Shown in pieces: positions 28,447-33,800 of a stretch of DNA of 33,800 bases. The notes under the pieces are model-generated. The model was given only the letters and a program-made list of their open reading frames with translations. It was not told where the DNA came from and made no database searches. The translations under genes and the position numbers were made by a program. How positions within the stretch are numbered: the first letter of the stretch is position 1; each line of letters starts with the position of its first letter. Source of the stretch: Macrostomum lignano (lineage: Eukaryota); the NCBI GenBank assembly GCA_002269645.1, contig NIVC01003658.1, positions 1 through 33,800 of the forward strand, given 5' to 3'.

Positions 28447-31400
28447 CTGAGCATCCGTTTTGTGATCAGAAAGTTCCACAAGTAGCAACTGTAGTCACTG
28501 ATCAGGCCCTCGGGTACTTTGAAACTTCACTATACCAATCCGGAGCGCTCAGTGTCTCTTCTCAGATCTCTTCTCAGTATTCACCTCTCTTCTCTCCTCT
28601 CCTCTCTTCTCCTTTCTCCTCTCATTTCTCCACTCCCCTCTCCTCTCTTCTCTCACTAATCTTCTCTCTTAAGACACCTCTCATCTCGTCTCTCACCTCC
28701 CTTTTGTCGTATCTCTTTCTTCTTCTCTCATCACTATTCCATCTCCTTACCTCTCCCATCTGGCCCACAGCAATGAATTAGATTCTTTGTTTGCCCCTTG
28801 AGGTAGAAGAAAGGGAAGATTCTCTATGGAAACTTTTTATTAGAGGCGGAGACTAGGGGCTGTATGTACCCTGGCGCACTTTAAGCGACATTGTCACACA
28901 ACTGGCAAACATTCCGCCGACTCTCCTGAGCAAACACACAAGCGCGCAAATACATGCGCATTCATACGCACGAGCACACATTCACACAGGAGTGTACAGC
29001 GGCCCTAACTTTATTTATTGTTAGGCATGTACAATTCACTGTGCCTTGGGGGGTTGGCCCGCAATGGTGTTAATTGCATTTAGCCCCAGATTAATGTGAG
29101 TGCACTTGGAATCGAACCTGGGCCGCTGGCACATCAGAGCGCCGCGCTGGACCACTGGGCTGTGCCCTCCTCAGAGCATTGATTGATTTGCAAACAATCA
29201 ACCCCTTCCAGCGCAAGCCGCTGTACTACGAGATCAACCTCATCATGCCCTGCATCGCCATCCTCATTGTGGCCCTGTTCGGCTTCCGACTGCCGCCCGA
29301 GTCCGGCGAGCGGATCTCCCTGTCCGTCACGGTGCTGCTGGCGCTCAGCGTGTTTCTGCAGCTGGCCAGCGAGCACACGCCGACTCAGAGCGACGTTGTG
29401 CCGCTCATGTGTGAGTCTGCCAGTCCTGCGCTACCCCAGATTTGTAGCTAATTGATTAAATCTCTTAAGCTCATTAAATTTTACCCATGTGTTAGCATAC
29501 AGCAGACAAGGCTCTGGCTGAGCAAGATGAAAGTACACAGACAGGGCCAAAGCTGGCCGGACGAAAGCAGTGTGCGCCAATAATGTACACATTGTTCGGC
29601 GAGCGTTGAAAACGTCACACGGTTCTGATCTAGTCATCAGTGTATTAAGGGAAACTATAAACAAAAGGCAATACTGACGAGAGGGCTGCGGGCACCCTAG
29701 CGAAACGCCTCGGTGTTATATCATTCCACAGCCAGTGCCGAGGCCATTCTGCCATTTCGCTGACTTCTGGGCACAAGCGCGTCAACACTGTACGCAGGCA
29801 CGCACTCACACTCGCTCACAGGGGTGCACAGCGGCCCTGACTTTCTAATCGTCAGACATGTACACTCTCTGTGCCGTGGGGTTGCCCCTCATGACTGTTA
29901 ACCAAAAGAAAAACCCTTGGTCAATTCCGTGCACAAGCCCCAAATGAATGTGGGGCGTAAGGAATTGAACCAGTGTCTCGGGCGCGGACCCTGTATAGAC
30001 TCCTATACTCAGCAACAGCTAAACCCCCCCCCCCCAACTCACGCTGTCACACGGCCCAAAAGTTTTGTATGCCATCGGTGACTCAGAAATGTGTGCAGGC
30101 TGCCGCCGCCAGACGCGAGCGCAAAGTGCGGCATGGGGGATTTGGGAGGGGTGGTGCAACTCAACCCACTGGTGGCTGCATTGCGCAATGGTAAATCATC
30201 AGAGCTACAGCTACAGCAGCAGTTTCTGCCATTTGCTACGACAACCTTTGGCGGCCCGCAGAACTGCATTCTTCAAGACGACAACGCTGCGCCACATCGA
30301 GCAGCACACGTGCAGCTGCTGAAGGAGCAGCTCGGCATTCGCACATTGAACTGGCCGTCAAAGTCTCCAGACATGAACCGCATCGAGCATGTCTGGGACT
30401 TTGTGTAAAGCGAAGAGTTCAGCAGGATGCCCCACAGAATGCTGAACAGTTGCGACTGGCGGTGCTGATGTCTGGCAGCAGCTGCCCCAAGAGTTCATCA
30501 ACCGGCTGGTGATCAGGATGCCACGACGAGTCACGGCACTTTTGCATGCTCGTGGTTCCTACACACGATACTGAGACTAGAATTAAAGATATTGCTTAAC
30601 CTTTGTGCCCGTGTGACAGCGTGAGTTGGGGGGGGGGTTTAGCTGTTGCTGAGTATACTTTATTCACTTCAGTATTTATAATTTTTTTCTTCAAAACTTT
30701 GAACTACCTTAGTAGATTAAACTTGAAAATTATTTATTCTGTCTTCAAACTGCTTTATGCATTGGACACTTTTCAGCCCGCTACTTCATGGTCGCCATCG
30801 GCATGTCCTCGTTGTGCGTTCTGGGCAGCATCCTGGTGCTGCTGCTGCACTCCAACGGCAAGCAGGCCAAGCGAATGGGCCACCGAACTGAGCTGTTCTT
30901 CACTCTGCTGTGCCGCCTCATCTGCTATCCGGGCTTCCAGGAAGCTGGAGCGAATGCCAGCGGCTGCAGAGGTGACGAAGGCACCCACGGAGGCAACAGG
31001 CACCAGAATCGCGTCAACAGGCGTTCGGTAGGCTACGATTTCTAAGAACCGATTTAATGCAGAAAGATCGATTAAAGGAAACGATTTGATTTTGATGAAC
31101 GCTGGTTTGGGCGCAAAATCAAAATAAAAAGGAGTTATTGGCTAGAAAACATTTACGTATAATTCTTTCATTTTGCAGATTAGTCGAGCAAAAGCAGCAA
31201 CGGCAAAAGCAATGGCAGAACCAACAGCAGAAGCAACAGAATCTTTTCACCGACAGCCTCGTCCACCATCGTGTCCAGTAGAGTGGATATAGAAGAAATT
31301 AACGTCGATGCACTGCGCGTCAGAGCTGAGCGCAGTTCGACTGCTGATGTGCCGCCGCCACCGTCTCCTCAGCAGCCGCCGCCGCAATGGGCGGCTGATG

Positions 31401-31642
31401 CTCTGAACCGAGTCAGCTCAACCCTGACGGAGATTCGCCTGGCCATGGCCCAGTCGAAGGACTCCAAGCGATGGGAGCGACGTTGGGAGGACGCCGCCCA
31501 GGTCACGGACAGGCTGATGTTCTACATCTCTATGGTGGGCTTCATCGGACTCATCCTGACCGTCTTGATAGTCCGACCCAGCGAAGCCATTAGCGCCGCC
31601 ACCGACTGCAAGCAGTTTCGCGCTGCCTCGATGAGCGCCTGA
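24068..31642 (+). CDS. nAChR alpha subunit copy B; join(24068-24282,24822-24866,24938-25065,25154-25490,29212-29410,30777-31027,31179-31642); frameshifted as given (pseudogene or assembly error); 546 aa if repaired
   Basis: Same exon structure and splice sites as copy A; single-base deletions near 24213 (ATTCCT to ATCCT) and 31185 (AGTCCG to AGTCG). Confidence 0.85.
24822..24866 (+). CDS. nAChR B exon 2
   Basis: DELKQTVSMLTWRRM with AG/GT boundaries. Confidence 0.9.
24938..25065 (+). CDS. nAChR B exon 3
   Basis: SWYDTRLSW...WKPDLVVYN. Confidence 0.92.
25154..25490 (+). CDS. nAChR B exon 4
   Basis: Cys-loop, GSWT, YACCDAPYPD. Confidence 0.93.
26996..27690. repeat. 9-bp tandem repeat (CAGAGACAT / CAGAGACAC), about 77 units
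   Basis: Directly visible; variant zones within the array. Confidence 0.98.
28379..28446. repeat. (GA)n microsatellite
   Basis: AG dinucleotide run with a few interruptions. Confidence 0.95.
28555..28758. repeat. CT-rich low-complexity tract
   Basis: Degenerate CTCT/TCTC sequence with few purines. Confidence 0.85.
29212..29410 (+). CDS. nAChR B exon 5 (TM1-TM2)
   Basis: Identical by eye to 20243-20441. Confidence 0.95.
30006..30655 (+). mobile_element. Internally deleted Tc1 (DD34E) transposon
   Basis: About 53-bp TIRs (TACTCAGCAACAGCTAAAC-C tract-AACTCACGCTGTCACACGG); TA TSD at 30004-30005 and 30656-30657; QDDNAAPH...WPSKSPDMNRIEHVW with 34 residues between D and E; C-terminus RGSYTRY-stop. 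Confidence 0.93.
30777..31027 (+). CDS. nAChR B exon 6 (TM3)
   Basis: Paralog of 20943-21193. Confidence 0.88.
31179..31642 (+). CDS. nAChR B exon 7 (TM4; 1-nt deletion near the start)
   Basis: Paralog of 21350-21799; the correct frame is seen in ORF 31271-31642. Confidence 0.85.
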
Positions 31643-32455
31643 CCTGACAGAGGTATCCGACCGAGTGCTCCGCCAGATTGAAAGTGGAACTGCCAGTAAC
31701 CGTTTCCGACCAATTCTTTGTGCACTCGAATGGACCTGAGCAGGTTCGAAATTGCACCCAACATAATACTATTAACGTTGCAAAAAGGAAGACTGCTAGC
31801 TGAACGGTGCCAATTACCTGAGGTCGACTGCGGGCTTCATATTGCTTATTTTACTTTAGGAATTGTGCATGAAGTTGGCCTGAAACTTGTCGTTTAATCC
31901 ACACTTGTGACGACCAACTCACAGTACACCCTGTGCATCGGTGTCCCATGTGCCAGCTCAGCGGACAAAACTTCTTGCAAATTACATTCATGTCTGAGTA
32001 GAGGTTTAGGATGGTTTTCCATTGTCGTGTAATTTTGCACGCCTGCTCAGTTCGGGTGCAGCGAATTTTAGCTAGAGTACTGCTAGAATTCGCCGTTCTT
32101 GAAAGCTGCTTATTTTTATAGAATTACTCGGCTTTCTGTTTCACGTTTCTCACATTATGTGTATTTTGTTCATTGTACTCCGGAACCGAACTCCATTTTC
32201 GTCTCCTATAAACTACTACAAGTAGCGCTGCGAGTGGGTGCAATTTTTTATTGTGCTCTTATAACCCATCTTGCGCTCGCAATTAATTGATCCGATCAGT
32301 ATTTGATTGAGAGTTTATTTTTACGAGACTGCATAAAGTGCTTGCTTGAGTGAATAATCTCAGATAAGTTGATGCCGCGTCTGCAACTAGAAACTGTCGA
32401 GACTTGAATGTTTTCTACAAATTTTGAGTTAGCCCGCTGTAGGTTGCGCTTTAAA

Positions 32456-32735
32456 TGCGGAAAGCTCATAGAAAGGCAATAATAGAAGCCACTATCCTTT
32501 ACTCAGATTGACCTCGGGCCGCATGAAATTGGTTCAGGTCGTGAAACTTTGCGGAAAGCTCATAGAAAGGCAATAATAGAAGCCGCTATCCTTTACTCAG
32601 ATTGACCTCGGGCCGCATGAAATTGGTTCAGGTCGTGAAACTTTGCGGAAAGCTCATAGAAAGGCAATAATAGAAGCCGCTATCCTTTACTCAGATTGAC
32701 CTCGGGCCGCATGAAATTGGTTCAGGTCGTGAAAC
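32456..32735. repeat. 94-bp tandem repeat, 3 copies
   Basis: GCGGAAAGCTCATAG recurs at 32457, 32551 and 32645; one mismatch seen between copies (32491). Confidence 0.96.
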
Positions 32736-33060
32736 CTGCCAAATGACGCTTTGTACAAAAGCAAAGTGAGACGTGCCTACAAATGAAAGAACTGGATGGC
32801 TAGAAGCTCAAGGTATTCCATTTTAATCTCTTACCTAGAAGATAAAGCTCTATTTCTTAGACACTATTTTTGTTTGGTCCGACCGGGCGTAACTTGGTTG
32901 GGTGTTAAACCAGTGGGGCGTGGCTCTTGTGCGTTGGTGCGGGGGTGGTGGGCCGCGCCTAGGTCACGTGCCCGCGGCTTGGGTGGCGGTTATTTCTGCC
33001 AAGCGGACTGTCGCTGACCCGAGGGTATCCAGGGATGCTGTGGCACGCAACGCTTGTACA

Positions 33061-33422
33061 AAGTCATCAAAGACACTTAAGAGAGACAAGTGGGTTAGAA
33101 ATGTTTTCACTGATCAACGCCAGATTCCAACGACGGTGAGTGAACTGAATCATGAACAGCTACGGACCTTTTGCCGCGGCTTCTTCCACGAAGTCCGCAA
33201 ACAAAGTGGAGAAGCTATCCGACTGGATCGATTGTCTCCATCGCCGCTGGACTACAGCATATGGCTAGTATTATACGATCAGTAGACAACCACCCATGGA
33301 CATCTTTCGCCGACTTAAAAGCAATCACGGACTGAAAGATGCTGCAGTGGGGATTACTACCAAACAAGACGACGGCTTGAAGCGCAGGAGTGATTTCCAT
33401 CGAAAAAGACTCTCAAATCTGG
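33061..33422 (+). mobile_element. Degenerate Crypton-like (DUF3504-associated tyrosine recombinase) coding relic
   Basis: KWVRNVFTD...ELNHEQLRTFCRGFFHEVRKQSGE-(frameshift)-YPTGSIVSIAAGLQHM...AGVISIEKDSQIW resembles the Crypton/ZMYM/QRICH1 pattern W..NVF...FF.EVRK..G..YP..S......GLQ...VI..E.E..LW. Confidence 0.65.
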
Positions 33423-33800
33423 AATAAACAGCGCGCGGCGCCTAAATAAAAGCCAGAAAATCAAATTGCAAAAACTAAAGCTTGGAACTTGAATAAATGC
33501 TTCTTATTGCGGGCATTATGTGAGCTTCGGCATGCTATATATTTGGCAAAAGTGACTTTAATTTGGCAAACCCATAAACATATTTCCTTCCCGTAATATT
33601 TCTATGGCCAACTGTGGCAGAATCAGTTAAAGTGCGCATTCAACTTTGGCAAAAGTGACTCTAATATTAGCGACACAGGCGAACACTGCAGGGTGGAGAA
33701 CGGCAGGAGCGCAGTTTCTAAGAAGGAAGAGACTGGAGCGGCTGGCAAATGTCCTCGACATAAAAAGATCCAACCAGTTCCAGTTCCATCACCGCCGAAA

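Noticed and set aside
32456-32735. 94-bp unit as a tRNA/SINE or hammerhead repeat (GGTTCAGGTC, GAAAC)
   Set aside because: No cloverleaf, the B-box is imperfect, and there is no CUGANGA core on either strand.
33540-33800. 16-bp direct repeat TTTGGCAAAAGTGACT (33542 and 33645) and a coding-like stretch at the window end
   Set aside because: Too short and truncated by the window edge to assign.

Overview
Eukaryotic (animal) genomic DNA; no prokaryotic system is present. The host cannot be identified from the sequence alone (a flatworm such as Macrostomum is only a guess). The backbone is a direct tandem duplication of a 7-coding-exon nicotinic acetylcholine receptor alpha-subunit gene on the + strand: copy A 5607-21799 (intact, 541 aa) and copy B 24068-31642 (two single-base deletions). 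Copy A carries a Penelope-like retroelement with hammerhead motifs and a nested hAT fragment (intron 1), plus a Harbinger-like relic, a 35-bp minisatellite and a full-length 5.9-kb antisense LINE with a 13-bp TSD (intron 4). Copy B carries a 9-bp satellite, GA/CT tracts and a deleted Tc1 element. Two more members of the same APE-RT-RNaseH LINE family lie at 1-4985, and a Crypton-like relic lies near the right end. Best leads: (1) a hand-folded HDV/CPEB3-like ribozyme whose G1 is exactly the first base of the full-length LINE; (2) a covarying 3'UTR stem-loop shared by two divergent LINE copies; (3) patchy near-identity between the receptor paralogs, with divergence concentrated in ligand-binding loop C. 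All structures and alignments were made by eye and need computational and experimental checks.
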